NCBI GenBank assembly: GCA_963575745.1
Contig: CAUYUJ010000041.1
Location: forward strand, 62,001 to 119,195
DNA length: 57,195 bases
Direction: 5' to 3'
Origin: Prorocentrum cordatum
Lineage: Eukaryota
Position numbers and translations under genes: made by a program. Of the stretch, positions 35,311 through 47,790 are shown piece after piece (within the stretch, counting starts at the first letter, position 1; every line of letters begins with the position of its first letter). Under the pieces are notes generated by a model. That model was not told the DNA's origin. It did no database searches and was given only the letters and a program-made list of their open reading frames with translations.

Positions 35311-36519
35311 GTGTCCTCGTTGCGGGCAGTGTCTGTGTCCAAGCCCAGTGCGTCGTGGAGTGTCGGGCTCGCTTGCCCAGAAGCATGAGGCGCACCGGAT
35401 ACGGATTCCAATTTGGTCCCGAGAGGCTCGATGTGTGTGTCCATGTCTAGGGCGCCTCGGCCTCGCGGCGCCCCTTCCACGGAAGTGCAAGACGCGCTGG
35501 ATATGGATATAAGTATTGCCCGCACCAGTGGCCTCGTCTGTAGGATGCACTCGCGTGCGCCAGCGTATGGTAAGCAGTCGATAAAAAAGGCGCAGACTTT
35601 GCGTCGACGTGCCGTCGATTTAGCGTCTAATAGCGTCGGTCAGCGCCGGTATGTGTGTTTTCCTTTTCTGGGATTCTCGGTCGCGCCGTGCTCTGTTGGT
35701 TTCCGATGTGTGCTGCTGTTTTTGTGTTCGTTTGGGGCTGCATTTTCGTCGCTCGGAACAGCCGAATCTTGAATACTAAAACAACACATCGCCCCCTAGC
35801 GCTCTAAACATCAACGACGGCCACAGGACGGTGCGAATCTCGAGGCTCGAGATTGGAGGATTTCGGACGTTCTCGTAGCTCCTCGGCGCTATGTTCCAGC
35901 CGTCGAAGGCGCTCTGGTGACCGGTTTTTTCTTTCCCGGGTAATTATTCCTTGCCCGGGGGAAGGGGGGGGGGGGTCGGGCGGGAGGATAACTCAGCCAC
36001 GCGTGGAGGGGAGGAGGGGGAGGGGGGAAGGCTTCTTAGAAGCACCCTTGCTTCTTAGAAGGCGCGAGCCTCCTCTACAGATGGAAGGCGGGCGCCTTCT
36101 AAGAAGCAGCTTCCTTCTAAGAAGCCTTCCCCCTCCTCCTACCCTCCTCTGCGCGCCGCCAAGTTACCGTAACGGCGGCCGCGACGTGCACCCGCCAGGG
36201 CACGTCCCTGCCTCTTGCGCATCAATCGCTTGTGTGCACCACAGCATGTTGTGGGGGGGTCCAGGCCCCCCCCACCCAGTACGATCGTTACCGTTCCCCG
36301 GGTAGGGGGGGTTTGGCTCGGGTAACAAGCTTTCCCCTGGGGAGGAGAAGAGCACGCTCTGGGGCTGCCCGGATCCGACGATGTGATTCGTCTCTGGGCA
36401 GCCCAAGAGCAGCACCAGGTACAGGCGCTTCGGCGGCGAGAGAGGGGGGGAAGGTTCGAGGTACGAGGTTCGAGTTCGAGGATTTTGGAGGTTTGCGTCG
36501 ATTCTCGGTGGTTTTCCAG

Positions 36520-36611
36520 CCGCGGGAGGCCTGCCAGCAGCCGCGCCTCGCCGATAGGGCGTTCCGGCCGTGCGCCCGAGTCGTCCCGATGTCGGCCGCC
36601 GGAGACCCGAG
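36520..36611 (+). CDS. Candidate exon, frame unresolved
   Basis: TTTTCCAG| acceptor and GAG|GTATGA donor around unique GC-rich sequence. Confidence 0.3.
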
Positions 36612-36818
36612 GTATGACCCGAAAAGCCGAACAACTTGGCGGCCCGCGAGGGGGGGCGGAGGCGGAGGCGGAGGCGGAGGAGGAGGAGGAGGAAGAGGAG
36701 AAGGAGGAGGAGGAGGAGGAGGAGGAGGAGGAGGAGAGGAGGGAGGAGGAGGAGGAGGAGGAGGAGGAGGAGGAGGAGGGAGGAGGAGGAGGAAGGAGGA
36801 GGAGGAGGAGAGGAGGAG

Positions 36819-36851
<33 letters not shown>

Positions 36852-38251
36852 GGAGGAGGAGGAGGAGGAGGAGGGAGGGAGGAGGGAGGAGGAGGAGGAG
36901 GAGGAGGAGGAGGAGGAGGAGGAGGAGGAGGGGCGGGGAGGAGGGGCGGGGAGCGAGGGGGAGATTGAGAAGGAGAAGGCCCTCGCAGAAGGCGGCCGGT
37001 CCTCTCGGAAGCCCTCGCGCCTTCCGAGAGGTCTTCTGCGTCTTGTGGGGAGGCTCAGAAAATTCCGCAGAAGGCTGGGGGCCTTCTGAGCCTTCAGAAG
37101 GCCCGTCCCTTCTCACTTCCCCTCCACCCCAGGTTCGCCGCCGGTAGCTGGCACTGAAACATCAGATGTGTCAGTGCGAAATTGATTGCCCTCTGCCGCC
37201 GTTCAATCCAACGTGCGCCTACGAACAGCGTCGGGACAAGCAAAGAAATCAGTTGGACGGCAGGCATGCGTCTCGGACTGTGTTCGAAGACATCGGCGGC
37301 CCATCTGCGCCAGTAGTCGCATCAAGAGTTGGCGCGCTTGGCACCGAGTGTTTTGTCCGACACAGAACGCGGATCTAAGTTGCAAAGCGCGCGGACGGCA
37401 TTGCAAATGTATGCCAGACGGGCAATTCTACCGCACAAGTACTACACCGATGATATTCGTATTGCATTATATTGCGACAGTCGTACGGCACATAATAATC
37501 AAGGAAACCATTTGCGCCCCTGAACATATGGCACGCCCCAGAGCTTCTGCAGCACCCCAGATGTATTGCAAGTGCATTGCATCTGGCGGGTTGCAATGAT
37601 CTACTTTGCTGGCCGACTGCGGCGTGACCGTCCAGCTCCAACCTGATCTCCTGGAGAGCCTGCGAGCAGGGGACGTTAGGTGCCTAAGAGCGCTTTCCAT
37701 TTCCCATGGCCGAACCAGAGACCCGCTCGCCACAACTTGGCTGGCATTGGCACTTCGGATTCGAGTCACGTTTGAGTACCCTGGCCATTCAAATTCTTGC
37801 GCGAATTGTTTCTGCATCATGCGAATTCGACATTGTGACGAGTCGATCCAAACCCCCAAGCCACCCCCTCCCTTCTACCTGGACCCCGTTTTGGGCTGCG
37901 GAAGCCGTTCGATCGCAGAGTTGTTCCCCGACCTGGGCCCCCTGGGCCCGTTGTCGGGCCCAGGGGCCGCCGGAAACGGCGCTCGGGGGGCGCCCCAAAA
38001 GAGGGGCTTAAAGGACGCTTCCGCCCTCGACGGGGGAGGGTCCCAGATCCCCGACGTCATGACTTTGTTTGTAGCGGCGACCCCCGCGAGGTCTCGACCC
38101 CTTCCGCGGGACCATTGTCTCGTCCTGAGTCGGTTTTGGACGGTCCCGAGGCCCCGTGAGGGGCCCCCCGGAGGCCGAAAATGAGGAACAAACTCCCGCC
38201 GTGATTTTTTCACTGCCCGAGGGCGTCTGGGGGTCCGGAGGCCGAGAATTA

Positions 38252-41200
38252 AGTCGGGCCTGTCCCTCTACATAGGGAATCTTCAAAAATAGTCAACAAA
38301 TAATCTGGGGATTATTTTTGTGAGTATTTTTAGACCATCTTGGAACATTGTTCAAGTATTTTTCACGTTCGTCGAACATCTCCCTGTAGGGGGACACGCC
38401 CGACTTGAGCCGAGAACAGCGAAACATGGCCGTCGTGCGTGCTTCCTGGCGCGAGGGGGGGCCGGGGTCCCGGGCCCAAGGCAGGGGGGGCGAGGACGTC
38501 TCTTCGCCCTCGGAGGCCCTTCGAGGGCGAAGGCGTCCTCGAAGGCCCCCCGAAGACCCTTCGGTGAAGGTCTAGGCCTCCTAGATGGGGCCATGACCTC
38601 TCCCTGGACTGAATGGCCTCTTCTCTCTCCTTCAGCACATTCGGGAGTGAAGTGAGGACTAAGGTTCAGTCGGGCATGTCCCCGAACAGAAGGAATCTAC
38701 TCAATAATAGTTTAAAACATAGTCTGGAGGGTCAGAGGAGGGAGAGGTGCCGGTGCCAATTTACGCTTCCTTCGGCGCCACGGGGTGGGTTCGCCTCGAG
38801 GTCCTGGTCCGAGCGCGCCCGGGGGAAAGGCCTGGAGAGCAACTAGCGTTAAGTCGGGCATTTCCCTCTACAGGAGGAGTATTCCAGAATAGTCGAACAA
38901 TACTCTGGTGGCGATGTTTCGTGCTCTTGTGACTCCTGTGCTGATTATTGTCTGATTATTTTTTGTTTTTCGTCCAAAATCCGCCTGTAGGAGGACATGC
39001 CCGACCTGAGAATAGCGGCATCGGTATCTTCATGTCCCCGGAGCTTCGGAGGTGGGGAGGAGAGTGTTTTGTTCACCCTCTGGGCCATAACGCGTAAGTT
39101 GTGGGGCGGGGGCGATCAATTGGGGGAGTATTGTAACAAGGGCTGCCAAAAAGGACTCTTCAAGGCCCCCAGAGGGGCAATTTAGGGCCCCCGAGGGGGC
39201 CTTGAGGGCCCGAAAAGCACACCTCCCCCCCCCCCCACACGTCTCGCCACCCCCACTCATTGCGCGCCCAGAGCCCGGGGACCCGAATCCGAGCGCAAAC
39301 GCCCGGCTCAACAACAAAAAGGTGAGACGCCAGGAGAGCGTTTTTCCGCCTACCCTTGAGGCCATAGCGCGCGTCATGCCCCCTACCCCCCCGCCCTTCC
39401 CCCCCCCACATCGCCCGCTGTGGCCGCGAGTAAGCAGTGCGCTCGAGGAGGCTTTCGTCGGCTCCGGGCGGTTTCGGTCGGCGCAGGCGCGGGGGGCGCG
39501 GCCGCGGGGGGGGCGAGGGCGCTGTCGGGCAGCCGACGTGCTGCGGTCTTCCGTCGCCGCGCTTGTTCCCCCGATGGCGGGCCTCCGGGGCCCGTGGTCG
39601 GGCCCGGGGGCCTGTCCTTAAGTCGGGCTCGTCCCTCCACAGGGGGAAGCTCCAGAGATTCTTCAAGGAATAATTTTGGCGGGGGGCTTTTTTTTAAAGT
39701 ATTTTGCGAGATCGGTTGAGTATTTGTTTGAATGTTTTCATCTCTCGGCCAGAGTCCCCCTGTAATTGGGGGGGCAGGCCCGACCTGAGCCTGTCCAGCG
39801 TGGCGACGGGGCGCGCAGCAGCTCCCGGCGAAGCGGTCAGGACCTCTGGGACGCTGTCGCCCTCGAGCCTCGAGATCCTGGCGTCGCGTGGGCGCGTTTG
39901 CCCTGTCTCGGGCCCCGGACCCTCGGGGATCGATGCCGCTCGAGACGTGCCGCAAAACTTTTGGGGCCAGGGCTGAGGTCGTGATTGCTCGCGGTGCTGC
40001 ATGTTTCCTCGGCGTCGGATCTCGGAGACGGGGCATGTTCGACCTCGAAGGGGGAAGGGAGGGAGGAAGCCTTCGCTGGTTCGCGCAGATTCTTTCACTT
40101 CTGGGTGCTCTTCCGCTGGCAGCTGCTTCTCGTCGAGTGCTTTCTGGGGGCGCCCGGATCGTCTGGAACGGCCGCTGGAGGCCCAAGTTGTGTTCAAGTC
40201 GGGCGTGTCCCTCCTACAGGGGGAACATCCACGAATAGTCACAAGATAGTATGGTGACCATTTTTTGTGTTCTGTTGATTATGTCTGATCAGTTTCTCCC
40301 ATAATCTGCCTGTAGGAGGAAATGCCCAACCTGAAGTTATGACCTGAAAAACAAGTAGCGTCGAGGGGGGTGAGGACTGGGGGTGCGTGGCCAGGGTCAT
40401 GCCCTCTCCCCGGACTTAATGGCCTCTTCTCTTTCTTTCAGCACATTCGGGAGTGGGGTAAGGACTAAGGTTCAGTCGGGCATGTCCCTCATCAGAAGGA
40501 ATATTTAAGAATACTTCAAAACATACTCTGGTGACGAAGGTCTAGGCCTCCTAGATTGGGTCGGAGTAGATGGGATCGGAGGATCGCGCCGCATCGCCGA
40601 GGCATCGGCGATGCGGCTCGATGTGGGACTCGATTTGCTTCACGTCGACGTCGCCGATGCATCGCCGACGTCGCCGACGCATCGCGGATGCATCGCCGGT
40701 ACATCTGCGATACATTGGCGATGCGACGCGATTCTTCGACCCCATCTACTCCGACCCCATCTAGGGGGCATCTATTCTTTCAGCACGTCCCCGGGAGGGG
40801 AGTGAATACGAAGGGTGGGCGAAAAGCACGGCCTGGGCCATGCGATCTCCCTGGACTCCATGGCCCCCTCTTCTCTCGGGACGTCCCCTCGGTGAGGCTT
40901 TGGGTGGCCCGGCTGGCCTCGACTGGCCCCACGAGTAGTCTAGGCCAGTTCCAACACCCCAGCCCCGGGGAGCGTTGCGCCCAGGCAGCGCCAGGGTTTC
41001 GACCGGCGGCGAGCCCGGGAGAAGGAGCAGGCCCGCGCAGAAGGCGGCGGGGCTCAGAAGCCCGCGGGCATTCTGAGAAGGTTTCTGTGTCCTCGGAGAA
41101 GGCTTGGGAAGCGTATCAGAAGGCCCGAGGATTCCCGAGCCTTCTTGGAGGGCCCGCTTCCTTCTCACCTACCCCCCAGGCCCCAGGCTCGCCGCCGAGT

Positions 41201-41513
41201 TGAGGCCACCCCGGACTACTCGGGAGGCCTGTTGGGGCCAGCTGGGACTACTCGAGGGGCATGCTGAACGGCCTGCGCACACGCGGCGGCCCTCTCGTGA
41301 CTCTCGGCCGGGGAAAGAGACGCTGGTCCGCGCACATGCCTCGGGCCATGATCTGCAAATCGGGTATGTCCGTCTACAGGAAGAATATACAGGAATAGTC
41401 AAGACATGGTCTGGTGACGATTCGTCGTGCTGCTAGTGCCCTGCAGCAGAAAATCATCTGGGGACTGGTTTATTTTTCTTTCGAAATTCGCCTGCAGGAG
41501 GACATGCCCGATC
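38252..41513. mobile_element. Cluster of family-B MITEs
   Basis: Full copies at 38252-38405, 38852-39006, 39621-39785, 40197-40331 and 41358-41513, plus half copies near 38668 and 40474. Further copies at 43529-43716, 48544-48696 and 54804-55399 (with insertion). Confidence 0.85.
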
Positions 41514-41555
41514 TTTGAGCAGGGACCGACCGTCCCGGCATTACTATAGGCATAC

Positions 41556-41673
41556 CACGGAATGTTCTTAGAACCCGAACGTGCTCAAAGAACAAAGCAA
41601 TGTGCTTAGAGCATAAACCCGATGTCTTAAAACACGACAGTCCCAGCCAGAATTGTTCTAAGAACATTCCGTG
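41556..41673. mobile_element. 118-bp element with perfect 19-bp TIR CACGGAATGTTCTTAGAAC
   Basis: 41556-41574 is the exact reverse complement of 41655-41673. Confidence 0.75.
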
Positions 41674-41862
41674 TAGACCACAAGAGGTTCTTAGAACATT
41701 CTTCGGTGGGCTTACAGGCGAGCGCGGACGCCTCGCCACTGCTTGAGACCTAATGCCACCCCCCACCGCGTCCATTCCCCCCCTTCTCGGCGCAGCCGAG
41801 CAGGCGCGACCGGAGCCGCTCGCGCGGCCGCAGGACGCCGGGGGGCGCACCGTCGCCACGAG

Positions 41863-41902
<40 letters not shown>

Positions 41903-41978
41903 ACGACGGACGACGGACGCCGGACGACGGACGACGGACGACGGACGACGGACGACGGACGACGGACGACGGACGACG

Positions 41979-42019
<41 letters not shown>

Positions 42020-42075
42020 ACGACGGACGACGGACGACGGACGACGGACGATGACGACGACGACGACGACGACGT
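41863..42075. repeat. (GAC)n/(GACGGAC)n microsatellite
   Basis: Direct reading. Confidence 0.95.
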
Positions 42076-45000
42076 TGACGGTCCCAGCTTCTGCGGCATT
42101 CGGAGGCCTAGATGTTGGCACCAACAACAGGATGGCGGTTGCCTCCACCGATGGAAGATGATCCCGATCTCGGTGATGGCGGGTCGGGCTTCTTAGGTGG
42201 CCAATGTATTACCAACAGTACCAACATCCAGGATCATCTCCCCTGGCTGGAGGCAAGCCTGGGTGCTGGTGTGAGTGGGTCAGGATCAACCCTGGGAGGT
42301 GTCGGCGGACTGACTTTGAGCGCGTTCAGGCCGTGCGGGAGAGCCGCCGTTTTCGCAAGTGGTCCTCCGAGAATGGAAGAAGAGACCACGGCGTAATCCC
42401 ACGCATCTTCGCGTCGTCAGCAACAAAGGCTTAAGGTCGACCAGAGGTTCTCGTCGATTCCTCTGCCTCTCGGAGGGCGCGCCGCGCGGGGGCCACAGGC
42501 GGGGGTAGGCCGCGAGTGCTGCCGAAACAGGGCCCTGCAGAGCCCCGAGAGGGGTCCCTGCACAGGTCCCAGAAGGGGGCCTGCAGGGCCCGCGGGGGCA
42601 CCCTCCTTCCCTCCCCCCCACCAATTTATCGCTCCCCAATCAACCGTTGAATTTCCTTAGTGTTGGTCCCCCCCCCCAATTTCTCTCGGCGGTGCATTGG
42701 ACTGGTGCGAAAGCCTCGCCCTTTTCCTTCTCCTCCTGATTCTTGCGCCCCTGATCAGACTCGTCGTCGTTGGCATCGCCCCCCCCCCTTCTTTCGCGCC
42801 CCAGCCTCCATGGGGCCCTCCCCTTGGGCCCGGGGAGCCGTGGGGAGCAGCGACCGGCGCGCAGAGCCCGCTCGTGGGGGAGGGGTCCCAGGCACCTGCG
42901 GACACGTCACGGCGTCGGATGTCTGGGCAGCATCCTTTTGCCTGCCCCGTCCTCCCCCGCCCGCTTCTCCTCGTCCTCGTCCTCCTCAGCCTCGTCCTCC
43001 TCATCCTCCTCCTGGCCCTCCTGCTCCTGCACCACCCTTGCTCCTCTTCCTTCTCCTCCCCGTTGTCGTCCTCAGGCCCCGTCGGGTCATGAAACAATCG
43101 TGACGGAAGGTGTTTCGTTGTTCTCGGCCTGCGCGGGCCCTTGCCGGGCCTCGGGGCCGTCAGAGAACGACGCAGGATGAGACATCGGTCCCTGGGAACG
43201 GGTCGGGACCTGTGGGGGTCGACGCTTGTGAAAAGTCATGACGTCGGGGGTCAGAGGGAGGAGGAGGAGGAGGAGGAGGAGGAGGAGGAGGAGGAGGAGG
43301 AGGAGGAGGAGGAGGAGGAGGAGGGAGGATGGGGAGGAGGGATGAGGGAGGGGTTCTCGGATCCGCACGGATGTCAGGGATCTGCGCTGGACTCCCCTTG
43401 GTGGCCTCCGGCGCGCGCCAGGCGCCAGGGAGGGGGGTCTTGAGCGCGACCCGAGAACTCGGCGCGCGCGTGCCTTGTGCTTCTGCCAAGAGTCCTGAAG
43501 GGCACGGGCCATGGAGGGTGTCGGGGAGAGTCGGGCCTGTCCCTCTACAGGGGGGATATTCAAAAATAGCTCGGTTTTTGTATACAAAAAGAAAAGACAA
43601 TAATCAGGGGACGATTTTCTGTTGTTTTACAATTTTTGAATATTTGTGGTTGGCATATTTGGGGTATTTTCTGTATTGTTCGCCCAAAGTCCCCCTGTGG
43701 GGGGACAGTCCCGGCCTGAGCTTAGGGGAGGTGGGAGGTGTCCAGGGTTTACCGGAGCCCTCCCAGGGCCCTGGGGCCGTCCAGAAAAAGCATTCGACGC
43801 GAACGTGGGCGATCTCGGGGCGATCTTTGGTGGGGGGGGGGCTCTTGGGCCGCCTCGGACCGTCGGAAGGCCGAGAATCATGGGCCGGTTTTCCACCACC
43901 ACCACCATAGGTTGGATGGGGGGAAGGAGGAAGAGGGCGAGGAGGAGGAGGAGGAGGAGCGCCCCGTCCCTCTCCAACTTATGTTGGTGGTGGTGGTTCA
44001 AAACAGGCCCAGCAGGAAAGAAGCGGACGCCAAGATTCTTCATGAACCCATGGGACCAATCGATGATGCTGTGGCCTCTGCGGGCCCTCCTGGAGGCCCT
44101 CTCCTGGAGGCCTCCTGGGCCGTCTTTGGGAGACCCTTTTGGGAGACCTCTTGGGCCGTCTTGGAGACCTCTTGGGGGCCTGTTGGGCCGTCTTGGGTCA
44201 TCTGTCGTCCCAGGGCGAAGGCCCGTGGTCACAGGAGCCATTTCCGATTGGACCCTTGTCCTTGAGGACTGGAGCGGACAACAAGGATTCGAGTGGCGAC
44301 GGAAAACTCGGATGTCGCCACACACCCACACACACACCGACGGCCAGATTAACAAACAAATTTTGGCAAGGTTCCGGAGGCACGGCACAAATAAGAAAAT
44401 TGTTGCGCTCAAAAGCCGGTTCCTTCACTCAGCAGGTGGGACACACGGGGACTACGCCGATGGAGAGGAGGAAGAAGAGTCGAGGGGGAGAAGGACGAGG
44501 AGAAGGAAAAGGAGGAGGAGGAGGAAGACTTATTACGAAGGTAATATGGAGAGTTGCTGGCATGCTGAATATATTCAAAATAGCCGTAACACGGGTTACG
44601 GAAATAAGTGCGCAACATCATATATTCGATATGTGTAAGTTACATGGCATTATGCTAGAATGCGTAAGCGCTCAAGCGCAAACGGTGTTTGCGGCGCGCA
44701 GCGAGTGCCTTACTGGGAAAGCCGATTGTCATGGCAGCTCAGGGCGATTATGCGTCCTGCAGCGGCGCGCGGGATCGGCTTCCATGGTTCGGTTTTGGGG
44801 TCTCTCGCCGCGGGGGCGCGCCATGAATTGGCGCGGCGCGGGGCCTGGCGTCGCCCGTGCGCGTCCAGCAAATTATTGGCGAAGGGCCCGCCCAATTGCA
44901 GTTCTGATCGCAGTTTCTGGTGGAATTTCTTTGGGGGCCCAGGGGCGCGTGACAGTGGCGCGCCGACATGAGCCACGGCCGCCGCGCGAGCGGTGCCAAC

Positions 45001-47159
45001 GGGGTCGGGGCTGGCAGCTGAGCTTCTTGCGGGGCCACGACACGCGCGACAGTTGCGCAAATGTGCCGCGCCCAGCCGCTGCCTCTAGGGCCTTCGGCGG
45101 GGTCCCCCGTCGAGCCGCGAACTGCGCGAGGGTTCTGCTGGTGCCGCGCGCGGCCGCCCAACTGCTTGAGGGGCTTGCGAGCACCGCGCGCGGCCGCCGC
45201 CGTTTTGAGCTTCGGTGGGCCCCCCATCAGGAGCTGGGGCCCCCCCTCGGGGCCGCGGCATTTTTTCGCAGGGTCATCGCCCTTGGGGCACCGCCCCGCG
45301 TCGGCGAAATTTTATTGGGTACGTTGCCGCGGGGGGTGGCGCGGCGCAGACGTCAGCTGCTGAGCCGCGCGGCCGCGCCCCTCGCCTGGCGCCGCGCCCC
45401 CGCCCGCCCCCCGCCCGCCTGGCTGCCGGGAGGCGCCCGGGCCCTCATCCCAAGGGCGCATAGGGTAGGGGGGGGGCACGGCCCCATGGGGCAGCCGCAT
45501 TCCGTCGCGGGCCTCCCGGGCGCGTCACGCTATTCCACCTCGCCCCCGCCGGCCGCCCTGGGGAACGAGTCGACTCGCGCCTATTGTTTTTGCATGCTCA
45601 CAGATCGGGGCGGGCCTGTTTCTTCGCGCATGTACTGCGCATTTTTCTGAAACAATAGGCGCCTCCCCGGCCATTCAATTTTAACGCATTGTTTGTATAT
45701 TGTTTAGCAACAAATGCAAACAAATAAACAAACAATGCGCGACAAATGCGCGCGCGGAGTCGGTGGGCGCCTCGCTTATTTCGGCCGCCTAATTTTTTCA
45801 TCTTCCAATTGGGCGCGCGAAATTTCCCCGGGGATTGCGAATGCGGGGCCTGTGTTGTTTGAATTTTCTGTGTATTTCGATTGGGGCACTTCGAACGCAC
45901 CTAAACAAATCGCGGCCGCCCGGGGGCCGCGCCGATCGAGGCCCCGCGGCGATTGTGCGGGCGTCTGGCGCGGAGCCCGGGGGGTGATCTTTCGCCGACC
46001 TGGGTCGCGGTGGCCATCTGGTGGCAATTTTGGGGGCCCTCGAACTTGCCGCCCGAGGCGCCTGCGCAATCGGCGCGGGCTGGGCTGGGCGCGAGCGGCG
46101 CCGTGGATCGGGGTCGCCGCGGGGGTCGCGGCACAGGCGGCCAGGGGGAACAAGGGGTTTAATTTGAGAGGGCGGCGGGCAGGATGAAGAGCGCGCGGGG
46201 GCGAAGGGGGGGGCGGGGGCGCGATCGGAGGGGAAGGGGGGGGGGTGGGATGGATGGGGGTGGGGGGAAGGGGGGAGGGGCGAGGGAGGCCCGCGTCGTC
46301 GGCGGCAGTCTGGGGGGCGTTCCTATTGGCTCACTCGCAAGTCGCAGCGGCGGCAGCCGCGCCGGCCGCGGCGGCGTGCTCTTGACGTCGTCGGTGCGCG
46401 GGGGCGCGCGGGGCGTTTTGCCATCGGCATTCGCTCGATGATGGTACAGTAGCCAAATGAGAGTTTGGATCGCAGGAGCGCCGGGTGGCCCGTGGTCCTT
46501 TGCAGCGGCGAGTCGGCCTGTAGTTTCGCGCGGCCCGGGCCCGCCTCCATTGATCTTCCTCCACCTCACATCCCAGTCCCCCTCGCCTCAAGGGCCCGCT
46601 GTCCGCGGCCCCATCGAGTCTGTTCTAGCCGCCGCCCCCGTTCAAGTTCCAGTCGCCCCCCCTTCCGTCCTCCGCGCCCCCTTTTCGCCCAGAGTTATTC
46701 TCCGGGCGACGTCGCGTGCCTGCCCCATCTCCTTCTCCCCGCGCGCGGGTTTCATCGGCGCCGTCGTCGTTTTCCCGGCGCCGTCGCTCCTGTCAGTGGC
46801 TGCGCCGCTGCTTCTGCCCCCTTGTCTGCCTCCCGCCGCATCGCCGCCGCCGCTGCCGTCGCAGACGCGGCGTCGGAGATGTGCAGATTCGGCGGGGTTG
46901 CGTCGTCGACTCGCAAGCGAGGCGTTCGAGTTGTCTGGGGCGGATCGCCCCTGGGCGAGCGCGCGCAGTTGCGTTTCGCGCGCGCCGCGTGCCACTTCGC
47001 TAATCCAGCGAGCGGTTTCTGCGAAATTACGCAGCGGAGATATATCCGCAAGGGCTTCGTCCCACGCCGCCGGCCCCCTGTCTCGGATCACGGGAGATGC
47101 GAAAAGCTGAATCATGAGGTCTGGGCGCCGCCGTGAAGCAGCGTCGGGACGTGTTTGTT

Positions 47160-47790
47160 TTTCAACCGTGACCCTACGGACGCGTCACGGGTGCCACCGA
47201 ATGTCAGACACGTAGCAAATTCCTCCATGTTTGTTGACCCTGACCCTACGGATCGGCGCGAGGGGTGCCGCCGGATTTCAGACACGTGGCAAATCGATTG
47301 TGTTTTTGGACCCTGACCCTGCCGATCCGCGTGAGGGGTGCCGCCGAATGTCAAACATGTGGCAAATCCTTTATGTTTGCGGACCCGGACCCTGCCGATA
47401 TGCGCGAGGGGTTCCACCGAATTGCTTAGAAATGTAGCAAATCCCATGTGCATTTGGACCCTGACCTCGCCGATCTGCGTGAGGGGCGCCACCGGGTTTC
47501 AGACATGCGACAACAACTATATGTTTTCGCACCGTGACCCCGCCGATCTGCGTGAGGGGTGCCACCGAGTGTCAAACATGTGGCAAATCCATTGTGTTTT
47601 TGGACCCTGATCCTGCCGATTTGAGTGGGGGGTGCCACCGAGTTTGCTACAAATGTGGCAAATCCCATGTGTTTTTGGACCCCGTCCCCGCCGATTTGCG
47701 TGAGGGGTGCCACCGAATTTTTATAAATGTGGCAAATCCCATATGTCTTTGGACCCCGACCCCGCCGATCCGCGTGAAGGGTGTAGCACG
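47160..47790. repeat. 73-75-bp tandem repeat, about 8-9 copies
   Basis: GACCCTGACCC...GCGTGAGGGGTGCCACCG...ATGTGGCAAATCC recurs at 47236, 47309, 47382, 47457, 47530, 47603, 47678 and 47752. Confidence 0.92.

Noticed and set aside
38404..38430. Relic dinoflagellate spliced leader on the minus strand (GCCATGTTTCGCTGTTCTCGGCTCAAG)
   Set aside because: Only GGCTCAAG matches and it overlaps a MITE terminus. No full CCGTAGCCATTTTGGCTCAAG was seen in the window.
41200..41365. Exon ending in a GG|GTATGT donor
   Set aside because: The apparent donor is the degenerate left TIR of a family-B MITE; the frame cannot be determined.
44139..45650. 503-aa protein-coding gene
   Set aside because: The ORF runs through dispersed repeats and GC-rich sequence, with Arg/Ala/Gly-biased composition and no recognisable motif; the lack of stops is explained by base composition.
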